Source: Eledone cirrhosa (Eukaryota). Taken from it: a DNA stretch of 64,000 nt. The notes beneath the pieces are model-generated. The model worked only from the letters and a program-made list of their open reading frames with translations, was not told the DNA's origin and made no database searches. This document shows positions 13,768-29,014 of this stretch, piece after piece. The first letter of the stretch is position 1. Each line of letters starts with the position of its first letter. A program made the position numbers and the translations under genes. The DNA is taken from NCBI GenBank assembly GCA_964016885.1, contig OZ024743.1, positions 124,496,001 through 124,560,000 of the forward strand, written 5' to 3'.

Positions 13768-15261
13768 ACAGCTAAGTATTCTATAAGTCTCTAGCTGTGT
13801 CATTCTCGATAAAAGCACTGGATATGTAGTCCTGATGATTTCTAACAAGAATGAAACGCGTAGATTACTTCCCTTGCTTTTATCGAGAATCTAATTGTAA
13901 TACGTGACGTATTCTATTCTATAGCGATTAGGTCTTCAAAATGTTTATTATAAACATACAGAATATTTTCGAATATTCTATGTCTATATTCACATATATA
14001 TCGCTATTTCAGAGCATTTATTCCAATTTCTAATTTCTGCCGGACCGGCAACCGCTCTTTCAAACCAGTTCCTGTACACAGCTAAGTATTCTATAAGTCT
14101 CTAGCTGTGTCATTCTCGATAAAAGCACTGGATATGTAGTCCTGATGATTTCTAACAAGAATGAAACGCGTAGATTACTTCCCTTGCTTTTATCGAGAAT
14201 CTAATTGTAATACGTGACGTATTCTATTCTATAGCGATTAGGTCTTCAAAATGTTTATTATAAACATACAGAATATTTTCGAATATTCTATGTCTATATT
14301 CACATATATATCGCTATTTCAGAGCATTTATTCCAATTTCTAATTTCTGCCGGACCGGCAACCGCTCTTTCAAACCAGTTCCTGTACACAGCTAAGTATT
14401 CTATAAGTCTCTAGCTGTGTCATTCTCGATAAAAGCACTGGATATGTAGTCCTGATGATTTCTAACAAGAATGAAACGCGTAGATTACTTCCCTTGCTTT
14501 TATCGAGAATCTAATTGTAATACGTGACGTATTCTATTCTATAGCGATTAGGTCTTCAAAATGTTTATTATAAACATACAGAATATTTTCGAATATTCTA
14601 TGTCTATATTCACATATATATCGCTATTTCAGAGCATTTATTCCAATTTCTAATTTCTGCCGGACCGGCAACCGCTCTTTCAAACCAGTTCCTGTACACA
14701 GCTAAGTATTCTATAAGTCTCTAGCTGTGTCATTCTCGATAAAAGCACTGGATATGTAGTCCTGATGATTTCTAACAAGAATGAAACGCGTAGATTACTT
14801 CCCTTGCTTTTATCGAGAATCTAATTGTAATACGTGACGTATTCTATTCTATAGCGATTAGGTCTTCAAAATGTTTATTATAAACATACAGAATATTTTC
14901 GAATATTCTATGTCTATATTCACATATATATCGCTATTTCAGAGCATTTATTCCAATTTCTAATTTCTGCCGGACCGGCAACCGCTCTTTCAAACCAGTT
15001 CCTGTACACAGCTAAGTATTCTATAAGTCTCTAGCTGTGTCATTCTCGATAAAAGCACTGGATATGTAGTCCTGATGATTTCTAACAAGAATGAAACGCG
15101 TAGATTACTTCCCTTGCTTTTATCGAGAATCTAATTGTAATACGTGACGTATTCTATTCTATAGCGATTAGGTCTTCAAAATGTTTATTATAAACATACA
15201 GAATATTTTCGAATATTCTATGTCTATATTCACATATATATCGCTATTTCAGAGCATTTAT

Positions 15262-15267
<6 letters not shown>
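13768..15267 (+). repeat. 310-bp tandem array (~4.8 apparently identical units), each with a hammerhead ribozyme: retrozyme-like
   Basis: gctaagtatt recurs at 13771, 14081, 14391, 14701 and 15011; the array is flanked by (TA)n. Confidence 0.95.
13802..13890 (+). ncRNA. Type I HHR of the 310-bp unit (repeated at +310, +620, +930, +1240)
   Basis: gtagtc-CTGATGA-tttctaacaagaat-GAAAC-gc-GTA-gattac, enclosed by a perfect 16-bp helix attctcgataaaagca/tgcttttatcgagaat; predicted cleavage after 13862. Confidence 0.88.
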
Positions 15268-15325
<58 letters not shown>

Positions 15326-15446
15326 TATATTATATATATATATATATATATACGATATTAAAAACTACTCCAAAAACTTGTCGAGTGCTTTATATCAGTT
15401 ATAAAATATTTACTTGTTGTATCCCAACAATTTTAAATAGAACTTT

Positions 15447-15517
<71 letters not shown>

Positions 15518-15568
15518 TAATTTAAAAAATGAATAAAAACAAAGAAACAGTTCCTTATATTTAAAAAT

Positions 15569-15707
15569 TCATCATTTTACGATCGTTTCTAGGATATATA
15601 TGTTTGTGTTCGTATGTATATCATATAGATCTATGTAAAAATGTTTACAAACTATCAGAGGGAATATACATACCTACACATATATATGCTGTCTTCAGAA
15701 ATAATGA
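15569..15707 (-). ncRNA. HHR with ~100-nt stem II insert
   Basis: tcattattt-CTGAAGA-cagc...ccta-GAAAC-gatc-GTA-aaatgatga; 9-bp stem I, palindromic stem III. Confidence 0.7.
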
Positions 15708-15974
15708 TATTTGTTTATTGAACAAAACCAACAAAGATTTAATATAATAGGTCTGTTTGGGGACAGGTTTTGAATTGACCAATAGAAAGGTCCTTAGAAG
15801 GTATTGGTATATTCTTTAAAGAAGTTCCCAATTATTGTTTTTCCATTGTGATATGGATAATGGACAAGAAAAAGAGCTCAACTATATATATAGGGAGTTA
15901 TAAAGTTATATATATATATATATATATACAAAAATAAGAATACCCTTATAAAATTAGGAGCAAAGTATATATTA

Positions 15975-16284
15975 TTTTCTTTGTTTTTGTGCCTCTCCTT
16001 TGTTCTGTCCTACGCCATCTTGTTTCTGTGTGTCACACAGAAACAAGATGGCGTAGGACAGAACAAAGGAGAGGCACAAAAATAAAGAAAAGAATCCCCA
16101 GTCACTGAAGAGGTCACAGAATGTGTGACGAAAGAACTTTGACAATATATAAACAACCATCTGGTTGTGGAACCAACCAACCGGAAATTTATAAATTCCT
16201 AAATTTATAAATGTATTATAATAAATTGAAGTGACGTAATTGGCGCGTGTGTTTCTTATTGGCAACATGACCCTCCCAAAGTAT

Positions 16285-16290
<6 letters not shown>
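15975..16290 (+). mobile_element. pLTR family B copy with ~55-bp fold-back (HHR 16101-16143); third copy at 16820-17102 (HHR 16901-16943)
   Basis: Near identity with 8626-8880; the 16901 copy has a CUA cleavage triplet. Confidence 0.8.
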
Positions 16291-16332
<42 letters not shown>

Positions 16333-16334
<2 letters not shown>

Positions 16335-16455
16335 CGAAGGAAATGTGGTAAGGAACCAGATGTACCATAACGCACCAAAGTACTCAATACTTAGGGTATC
16401 CAGAATTAGCCGTTGAAACGGCTTGAGCTCAGCCGTCGGGGTCCTACTTGTTCCT
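16333..16455. mobile_element. pLTR family F fragment with inversion junction (also 19622-19785, 58423-58586)
   Basis: Shared aacgaaggaaatgtggtaaggaacc tail and HHR 3' half GAAAC-ggc..gcc-GTC-gggg; same sequence borders the PLE ORF at 55703-56560. Confidence 0.75.
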
Positions 16456-16528
16456 ATATTATATATATATTATATATATATATTATACATATATATATAT
16501 ATATTATACATATATATATATATTATAC

Positions 16529-16565
<37 letters not shown>

Positions 16566-16612
16566 ATATAATATATATATATATATACATTATACATATA
16601 TATATATATATT

Positions 16613-16657
<45 letters not shown>

Positions 16658-16759
16658 ATATATATTATATATATATATATATATAATATACATATATATA
16701 TATATATTATACATATATATATATATATTATATATATATATATATATTATATATATATA

Positions 16760-16798
<39 letters not shown>

Positions 16799-17177
16799 CA
16801 TATATATATACATTATATTTCGTTTCTGAATTTGACACACAAACAAAATGGCGTAGGATAGAAGAAAGGAAAGGCACAGAAACGAAGAAAGAAATCCCCA
16901 GTCACTGAAGAGGTCACAGAGTGTGTGACGAAAGAACTATGACTATATATATATAAACAACTATCTGGTTGTGGAACCAACCAACCAACCAGAAATTTAT
17001 AAATTTGTAAATTTATAAATATTTAATAAATTAAATTGAAGTGAAAGCAACTGGTGCGTGTGTTTCTTATTGGCAACATGACCCTCCCAAAGTATAACAA
17101 TATACATTATACATATATATATATATATATTATACATATATATATAATATATTATACATATATATATAATACATTAT

Positions 17178-17224
<47 letters not shown>

Positions 17225-17225
17225 T

Positions 17226-17413
17226 ATGGCTTCTACAAGACTAGAATTGTTTCAATCGAAGGAAATCATCAGGATGTTTTCCAGATGATTTCCTTCGAAT
17301 GAAACAGTTCTAGTCCCGTAGAAGCCATTTCTATATTAAATGTTGTTGTATACACTCTCCTAATGTATTGAGTACCTTACTTACTGGTGTTACCCCCGAT
17401 TGAACCCGGGACT
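17226..17413 (+). mobile_element. pLTR family A fold-back with two head-to-head HHRs (minus copy intact core, plus copy CAGATGA)
   Basis: Inverted repeat 17226-17328; related to HHR at 2404; tail gtattgagtaccttac...acccggga also at 12700-12752 (minus) and 18930-18975. Confidence 0.75.
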
Positions 17414-18042
17414 CACACACATATTACATTTTATGTCAGATTATATAAAGAAGTAACACGTTGTCACTGTCTTTAGTTCTTTACTTCCATACGTTGTTTT
17501 AGCCACAATGAAGATGGTCATGCTGGAGAACCATATTTTATTGATTTCATTTATTGATTTCATACTTTCGCCTGAAACATCAAATCAACACATACACTCA
17601 CGAACATATATATATGCTCACAGAGATATATACACACACACACAAACATGTACATATACATACATACATACGCTTGCAGCAACAGCTGCAACATAATTAG
17701 TTTCCGTTGTATCAAAAAGGTAAACTAGTAAGTAGGAAACACAAACACACATACACAAACACACACTGCTGCTGCTGTTGGATCTCCGTCAGTTACTACA
17801 ACGAACGATCCAATTGTTCGAACAACCGAACACATCGATGTGCAAATGTGCACATATGGTAGATCTCAGAGAGATACCACGGAGTAAAGTGAGCCGAATG
17901 CACCACCAACAAAGCATTCACATTTGCAGTCATAATAGAGTTTACTACCTTTATTTAGACTTATCCAGTAGCCTGTTACTCTGGAGATTCTCCCCAGCAT
18001 GTTATCTGTTCATCAGACAGAAATATATACATATATATATAT

Positions 18043-18656
18043 GCAAAAGTTCTATTTAAATTGTTGGGATACAACAAGCAAATATTTTTATAACTGATAT
18101 AAAGCACTCAACAAGTATTTGGAGTAAACATACGATATTAACAAATGGAAACTATATTTATAAAACCATATTTATTTCATTATACATATTTCAAGGACAC
18201 CAAGTTAAATTATGGTGTGCTTTCATCAGACAAAATATAATATAGATCAGTTTTATAAATAAATATTGACATACTCTTAACAAATGCAACCATTACTGTT
18301 GGAAGCTCCCGGATAGTGGAGTTGTTTACTTATATTATTATTAGTATTGGATATTTTTATTTTTAAAATAAGCCGTTGGGTTACTGAGAAAGAAATAAAA
18401 AAAAAAAAATAAATAAATAAAATAAAATAAAAATATCCAATACTAATAATAATATAAGTAAACAACTCCACTTTCCGGGAGCTTCCAACAGTAATGGTTG
18501 CATTTTTTAAGGGTATGTCAATATTTATTTATAAAACTGATCTATATTATATTTTGTCTGATGAAAGCACACCATAATTTAACTTAGTGTCCTTGAAATA
18601 TGTATAATGAAATAAATATGGTTTTATAAATATAGTTTCCATTTGTTAATATCGTA
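18043..18656. mobile_element. Fold-back mini-element, ~230-bp arms, HHRs at 18175-18235 (minus) and 18552-18612 (plus)
   Basis: Arms 18131-18362 and 18425-18656 are reverse complements; ttttgt-CTGATGA-aag..ctt-GAAA-tatgta-TA-atgaaa; tail copy at 15352-15450. Confidence 0.85.
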
Positions 18657-19919
18657 CATATATATATATATATATCCAGGGATGTAACGTGAAGTTAATG
18701 TGGGTTCACTCAGGTGAGCACTCGATGTTTAGTTCACGTCAGTGAACCTTTGATTCCAGAGTCGGGCCGTATCTATACAGATCGAACCTTGAGCTGATCA
18801 ATATCGACACGCACGTCAGCAATCACTAAACGTAATGAAGGCTTAACAAATTGTCCTTGTATTATATACATATGTGTGTGTGTGTGTGTGTGCATATATA
18901 TTTATACATAATTAATATAGAAATAGCTTCTATGTATTGAGTACCTTACTGTGATTACCCCCGTTGAACCCGGGATACATACGCGCGCGCGTGTGTGTGT
19001 GTAATTGACCCTATTTAAGGCCATATTTACATGAAGAATATATATGAATGAGATGGGAAAACAATATATAATCGATGAACAATAGAGATGTGTGTATACA
19101 TATATGAAAGGTAATCAATGATCAATCAATATAGAGGTGTGGTGTGTGTGTGTATATATACATACATATATATAAACATACACACATATATATATACACA
19201 TACATATATATATATAGAGAGAGAGATACATTCTTATATGTATATATATATATATATATATACATATAAATATACATTTATATATATATATACATATAAA
19301 TATACACATATGTATGTACATATATATATACACATATATGTATTTGTGTATATATATATATATACATACATATATGTATGTATATATATATATATATACA
19401 TACATATATGTATGTATATATATATATAAGTATTTGTATATATATGTATTTGTATATATATATATATATGTATTTGTATATATATATATGTATTTGTATA
19501 TATATATATATTTGTATATATATATACATATATGTATTTGTATATATATGTATTTGTATATATATATATATTTGTATATATATATACATATATGTATTTG
19601 TATATATATGTATTTGTATATAACGAAGGAAATGTGGTAAGGAACCAGGTGGACCATAACACACCAAAGTACTCAATACTTAGGGTAGTAGAGTGGGTAA
19701 TAGGAACAAGTATGACCCCGACGGCTGAGCTCAAAGAATTAGCCGTCGAAACGGCTTGAGCTCAGCCGTCGGGATCTTACTTGTATTTGTATATATATAT
19801 ATATATATATACATATATATATGTATTTGTATATATATGTATTTGTATATATATATACATATATGTATTTGTATATATATGTATTTGTATATATATATAT
19901 GTAAACTATATATATATAT

Positions 19920-20168
19920 GTGTTTGTGTCTATATTGTGTCTGTATTATTTTTGACCGCCGGTCAGTCAATGGCAACATTGAGGACCGAGTAAGTTAGAT
20001 CGCAGATATAAAAGACAGCGAGAAGCGAAAACCAACCAAACAGTGAGTGTGTTCTGTTATTAATTCTGGCAATATTACGCAAATATGACCCTCCCCAAGT
20101 ATAACAATATCTGTTTCGACACACGATTTCATATAAAAAACCTCGCAAAACTAATTCATCGCCGCTAT
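19920..20168 (+). mobile_element. pLTR family related to B (also 48716-49025 minus with HHR 48982-49021; 57985-58063 minus)
   Basis: Shares atgaccctccc.aagtataacaat with family B. The 48982 HHR reads cca-CTGACGA-t-gttgca/tgcaac-GAAAG-aa-CTT-tga. Confidence 0.7.
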
Positions 20169-20213
20169 ATATATATATATACATATATATATGTATTTGT
20201 ATATATATGTATT

Positions 20214-20259
<46 letters not shown>

Positions 20260-20451
20260 TATATACATATATGTATTTGTATATATATGTATTTGTATAT
20301 ATATATATATACATATATATATACATATATATATACATATATGTATTTGTATATATATATGTATTTGTATATATATATATATACATATATATATACATAT
20401 ATATATACATATATATATACATATATGTATTTGTATATATATATGTATTTG

Positions 20452-20511
<60 letters not shown>

Positions 20512-20571
20512 CATATATACATATATATATATACATATATATATATATACATATATATATTTACATATATG

Positions 20572-20613
<42 letters not shown>

Positions 20614-20619
20614 TCTATT

Positions 20620-20657
<38 letters not shown>

Positions 20658-20670
20658 TAGATGTATATTC

Positions 20671-20701
<31 letters not shown>

Positions 20702-20788
20702 TGTATTTGTATATATATATATATATACATACATTTATGTGTATATATATACATACATACATATATATTCATATATATATATATATAT

Positions 20789-21078
20789 GAAATTAGAAAA
20801 TAGAAGCTTTCACCGTATTTGTTTTTACTAAAGAAATTTTAGCCTGATAGTGACGTTTAGAACCCTCAGAGAAATGGAAATAGATGAGTATTGGCGTAAA
20901 TGGGAGTCGAACCCACATTTTTGGTTATCCTGACCACTGTGCTACCATTACACCAACACTACTCTGGGTTCTAAAGCCCACTATCAGGCTAAAATTTCTT
21001 TAGTAAAAAAAATACGGTGAAAGCTTCTATTTTCTAATTTAAAACTTGCTCGCTGTTTCAAAACATACTTACTTGTCA
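20789..21078. mobile_element. Inverted-repeat element enclosing a tRNA-like segment; related element at 7745-7881
   Basis: Arms 20789-20864 and 20966-21040; minus-strand TGGTGTAATGG ... GGTTCGACTCC at 20888-20960. Confidence 0.6.
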
Positions 21079-21098
21079 TATATATATATATATACATA

Positions 21099-21236
<138 letters not shown>

Positions 21237-21330
21237 CATACATACATCTATATATATATATATATATACATACATATATATATATATATATATACATATA
21301 TACATCTATATATATATATATACATACATA

Positions 21331-21770
<440 letters not shown>

Positions 21771-21819
21771 CACACATATATATGTGTATATATATATATA
21801 TACACAATCATACACAACC

Positions 21820-21881
<62 letters not shown>

Positions 21882-21919
21882 AGGAAGTTATAGTTCACTT
21901 GAAGCATTGTGTAATGAGG

Positions 21920-22328
21920 TATAAACGTTTGAATTTGTAAAGCCAAAACAATGCAGGTATGGACATAGAATAAAAAAATGCAAATGCAAAAGATATTTTA
22001 CCTTAGATTTATTTAAATGTCGTTAATTTTCGAGATAATATCTCTTCTTCGGAGAGAAGTAAAGCGGTTAAACCAGTGTTCTAAATAGCTTGCCAAGTCA
22101 TGCTGACAGGAAATGGTATGCATGACAGGAAATGTCAGCAAGCTATTTAGAACACTGGTTTAACCGGTTTACTTCCCTCCGAAGAAGAGATATTATCTCG
22201 AAAATTAACGACATTTAAATAAATCTAAGGTAAAAGACTACTTGTCAACAATATCTTTTGCATTTGCATTTTTTTTATTCTATGTCCATACCTGCATTGT
22301 TTTGGCTTTACAAATTCAAACGTTTATA
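21920..22328. mobile_element. Fold-back mini-element, ~170-bp arms, with imperfect HHR-like motifs
   Basis: Arms 21920-22093 and 22138-22328; cct-CCGAAGA-a-gagat/atctc-GAAA...CTA-agg, with weak stem III. Confidence 0.75.
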
Positions 22329-22333
22329 TATAA

Positions 22334-22415
<82 letters not shown>

Positions 22416-25172
22416 GTACAGATGCATATACCTATATATATATATACACACACACACAGATATATATATATATATATATATTCCATGCCTGCTTTGGTTA
22501 GACAGGTTGTCCACATTCTAAGTCTAGACAGTTCAAGTGAGCATGTCTTGCTTCATTTTAACATGATTTCTACGATTGGTTGACCTCTCTAATGTCCACT
22601 ACGAACGGGTTCGTTCTTTCGCGGCATCACCTCTACCACATGCCAAAGTGTATTGGATGCTTTTTTCACGATACTATTACAACCACTTGATAGTGTGGAG
22701 TGGGTGCGTTTTATCGTGGCATCAGCACTTCGACTTTCTATGCTTGCATACTTGGGAATGGAGGGTAGAATTCAGGGAAAATTTTGTGGTGTTAGTAGTG
22801 GGTGAGAGTGTTTGAAAGGTTAAGTTGATAAAATGCATTTCAACCTGGATTAAAATAAATGTTAGTCAAGTACTTATGTCGATTTAAATCCATGTGCCTC
22901 GTCCCAAGTATTTGTGGCCTTGTGGTGACATTAAAACGCGATTTGCTACATTTATCCATTGAATTATGTAAATAATAATTCATTGAATACGGCATAAACC
23001 AATGTTTCTCAAGGCATGACACTCTTTTCGAAACGTTATAGAAAATTCCTGGGGCCGGTGAGCATTAGGAAGGTGTTTTCTATCTCAATCATTCTATTGT
23101 AAAAAATAAATTATACTTGGAGGCGTTGAGGATTTTACAGAAGCAAAAACGATTGCAAACCATTCATATATTCTTTCTCTAACATTTGAGGTATTTTATT
23201 TTCATCATTGGTATATATAAGTTCTTGCTTAGTCAAATGGAAATCGTGATTTGGTGGGAATAGAACAGACGATTAAATCTTGCCTGGTACCTCTGTTGCC
23301 GTTCAGGAAAAATGAACCAAAAGCAACCACCCGACAGAATTTAAAACTCAGAATGTATTGTGACCTACATGGATATAGCAATGCATTTTGTATGGCGATC
23401 TACCGATTTCATTAAACCACTAATATCGTCAAACAAAGATAATTATTTGTATATATTTGTATATATTTGTATATATAGAATAAACGAGGTGAGTTCTCGC
23501 TTTGAAAAGTCGGTGACCCGGTTACAATTCTCGGTTAAAACCATTTCTTCTCACTGACCTTGCTAATCTGATCAGAGAAAAACATAAACGTCATATTTAT
23601 CCTCTGTTTACCCCAATAAAAAAGTTACTTTTGTTCGACCCAAGCAAACGGCGCCATTACATCACTAGTTTATAGGCAACTAACTGGATGAGAAAATTAT
23701 ACATTATATTTAAACCTTTCGTTACCATGTTCCTAATGAAATACACTGGTTATAATATGAAAATTATCAAGAATTTGAAGGGATTTTGTAAAATATCCTT
23801 TTCGTTATTAAGCTGCATTTGAAACAATTTTATTTTTACATAAAATTATGATGGAAGTTTGAGAAATATAAGCAATTTAAAATGAACAGCTTTGTATTAT
23901 ATAACGAAGGGCAATTTCAGGGAGTTAGTATCTCCAATTCTAGAAATATTTGCGTTCTATCACTACGAGATCGATAAAACTATTCTGAATAGTATAATGA
24001 AGTTAAATTAATATAATATTAGCCTATTATTTCAAAGATGAGGATTGAAATAAGTGTGGAAAAAAAAAAGAAAAAACATCTGTATCGATTGTAGAGAGAG
24101 TGCAAAGTCACACAGACAGGCTCATACACTGAGAAATATTATGTGTGAGTATGGGTGTGAGTATGGGTGTGGATACAAAAACATATATAAGTAATATAAG
24201 TACATGTATAAAATTGTACAAACATGTACACATAATATATATATATATATGTACATATGTTACAAACACAAAAATATGTGTATATCATGGCTGCAACTTG
24301 ATTTCGAGTAATGCTATCGCTTGATACTTAAGCATGAGCGCTGTTTAATTAGCCCTTAATATTTCAGGTGGTAAATTCCTTTTGTCAAAAGAAAAGTTAA
24401 GGAGGCTAACTCAGGACAAGATAACTCCGTATTCTTCTGATGCTGGCATTTCTGTCTCAGTTATATTTATATGTTTCTGTGCATGTTATATATATATACA
24501 TATATATACGCACGCACACACACACATACGCACACACACACATATATATATATATACATAATACCTGCACATATACATATAAACTTAACTCTATATAAAT
24601 TATTGAGCCATCAGTGTTTTATGAAGTCCACAGTTTACACTTTACACAAATACACGCGCGTATGCAAGCACAGCATATATAATCCTATATAAATATATAA
24701 TATATACAATGGCCGCAGAAGCGTTATCTTTAATTGGGCTTTGTGCATTTTTTTTTTATTTGAGAGCGGTAATATCTTCATATGTTTGAAAAGCATTGTT
24801 TTTATAAATATAATTTTACGACGCAGTGATAAAGGTGTTGGATTCCTGGACTGGATTGTGTGTTGTATTCTTGAGCAAAACACTTTATTTCACGTTTCTC
24901 CAGTATACTCAGCTGAAAATCTGTACCAGCAATAGCTGGAAGTTTAACTCAGCGATGGACATGCGTCTTATCCAGTGGAATGGGAGCGTTGTACTCTCAT
25001 TCGCTTAAGGCCACGGAACCGGTATAAGTATTGGCCTAAAGAGCATCCAGGCATGAGACGCACTTTAGACTTTAATTATGACAAATTCGGTTTGATAAAT
25101 TATTTTACCAAAACGCCAAACGATGATTCTTTGTTTTGTTTGAGAATAATTATATTCAACATTACAACAATA

Positions 25173-25793
25173 TTACAAACAAACCGAACATTATAATAAA
25201 TGTTCGGTAAATCCATACGTACATATATATATGTGTGCATCTATGTATGTATATACATACTACTGTACGTCTGTATACATATATGTATGTACGTATACAT
25301 ACTTATATTTAAGTATCAGCCGTACTAAGAGTGAGAAATGAAATTTCATTTTTTCCATTTATCGTTTTCGGTACGCCAGGCTGACTAACTCACTCGATAT
25401 GCAAATTAGGCTGCTCAGCCGTTAATATGCATAAGGAAAGTATATACTTTCAAACGTTCAATCGATTGACAGGAAGGTATACGGTGCTGATGACAGCTAA
25501 GAAGCTAGAAACTAGTTCATCGTTCCTTTGTCAGTGTTGAACAAAAGAGCAACTATGGTTGCCGAACACTGTACGGCTTAATTCGGGCTGTTTGTTTACA
25601 AACAAACCGAGCATTATAATAAATGTTCGGTAACCCATACGTACATATATATATATATATATATATGTGTGCATGTATGTATGTATATACATACTACTGT
25701 ACGTCTGTATACATATATGTATGTACGTATACATACTTATATTTAAGTATTAGCCGTACTAAGAGTGAGAAATGAAATTTCATTTTTTTCCAT
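25173..25793 (+). repeat. ~190-bp direct repeats enclosing a minimal HHR (25481-25523); ~430-bp unit
   Basis: Repeats at 25173-25358 and 25596-25793; acggtg-CTGATGA-c-agct/agct-a-GAAAC-ta-GTT-catcgt. Confidence 0.85.
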
Positions 25794-26503
25794 ATATTCA
25801 ACAGTAATATTGTAAATAAAAAAGTTCAAATTCAGCGTGTATAATAGAAGCAAGTCATTACAATCAGCTGCAAAAATTAACCAAAAACAAAATGAAAACC
25901 TGGAAAGTCAAAACTGCTCTGAAATCGGTACCGTATATTATTTATTAAATGTTTGCTTTATTATATTTTGTAATAATAATTTTTCAATGTATATCCCTCC
26001 ATTCAAAGAAGGCAGGTATACATTAAAACTTAACATATTTCATTGTAAAGATTGAAATACACAGACACAGACAACAAATACACATATGTATATATATAAA
26101 TACATATATACATACATGCGTATATACATACATAAACACATATATACATACGTATATACATACATAAATATATATACATTTATATATAATATATATACAT
26201 TTATATATATATATATTTTTTTTTTTTCGATCGACTTTCGTCAAATCGGACCGAGGAAACTGTCTCCGTTGGTCTTTCCAGTTGCTAGTACTATCTATCG
26301 GTCGCAACTCCAGGTAGAAGGAGCAACGTGAAATAAAGTGTCTTGCTCAAGGACATAACGCATCGCCCGGTCCAGGAATCGAACTCACAACCTCAAGATT
26401 GTGAATCCAATTCTCTAACCACTCAGTCACACGCCTTCACTATATATATATATATATATATATATAAACATACACACATATATATATATATAAACATACA
26501 TAT

Positions 26504-28562
<2,059 letters not shown>

Positions 28563-28602
28563 CACATATCTATATATATATATATATACATAATAATAAT
28601 GG

Positions 28603-28811
28603 TTTTCTGATTTAGGCAAGAGGCCAACCAACAATCTCTTTGGGGGATAGTCGATTAAATCTGCCCTAGTACGTTAGTGGTACTTTATTTTATCGACCCA
28701 TAACGATGAAAGGCAAAGCTAACCTCGGCTGGATTTGAACTCAGGATATAAAGGGTCGTAACCATATGTCTCGAAGCATGGTGTCCGATAATCTACCGAT
28801 ACTGCCAATCC
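28603..28811 (-). mobile_element. tRNA-derived SINE (diverged main family)
   Basis: A/B boxes and core on the minus strand. Confidence 0.8.
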
Positions 28812-29014
28812 ATAATGATAGTGAGTCGGAACGAGGTGTCAAAGTATCAACATTATTTCCATGACAGCTATAAGTTTTGTCATTTAGTCTTGTAGAAACT
28901 AGATATCAGATGTAACGAAGCAACTCTTGTATAATCTACTGTGTATGTATGTATGTATGTATGTATGTATGTATGTATGTATGTATGTATGTATGTATGT
29001 ATGTATGTATGTAT

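Noticed and set aside
13768-15267. CRISPR array or ordinary satellite
   Set aside because: No variable spacers, eukaryotic context, and the embedded HHR explains it better.
20888-20960. Functional tRNA gene
   Set aside because: A/B boxes are present but acceptor and anticodon stems do not form a proper cloverleaf.
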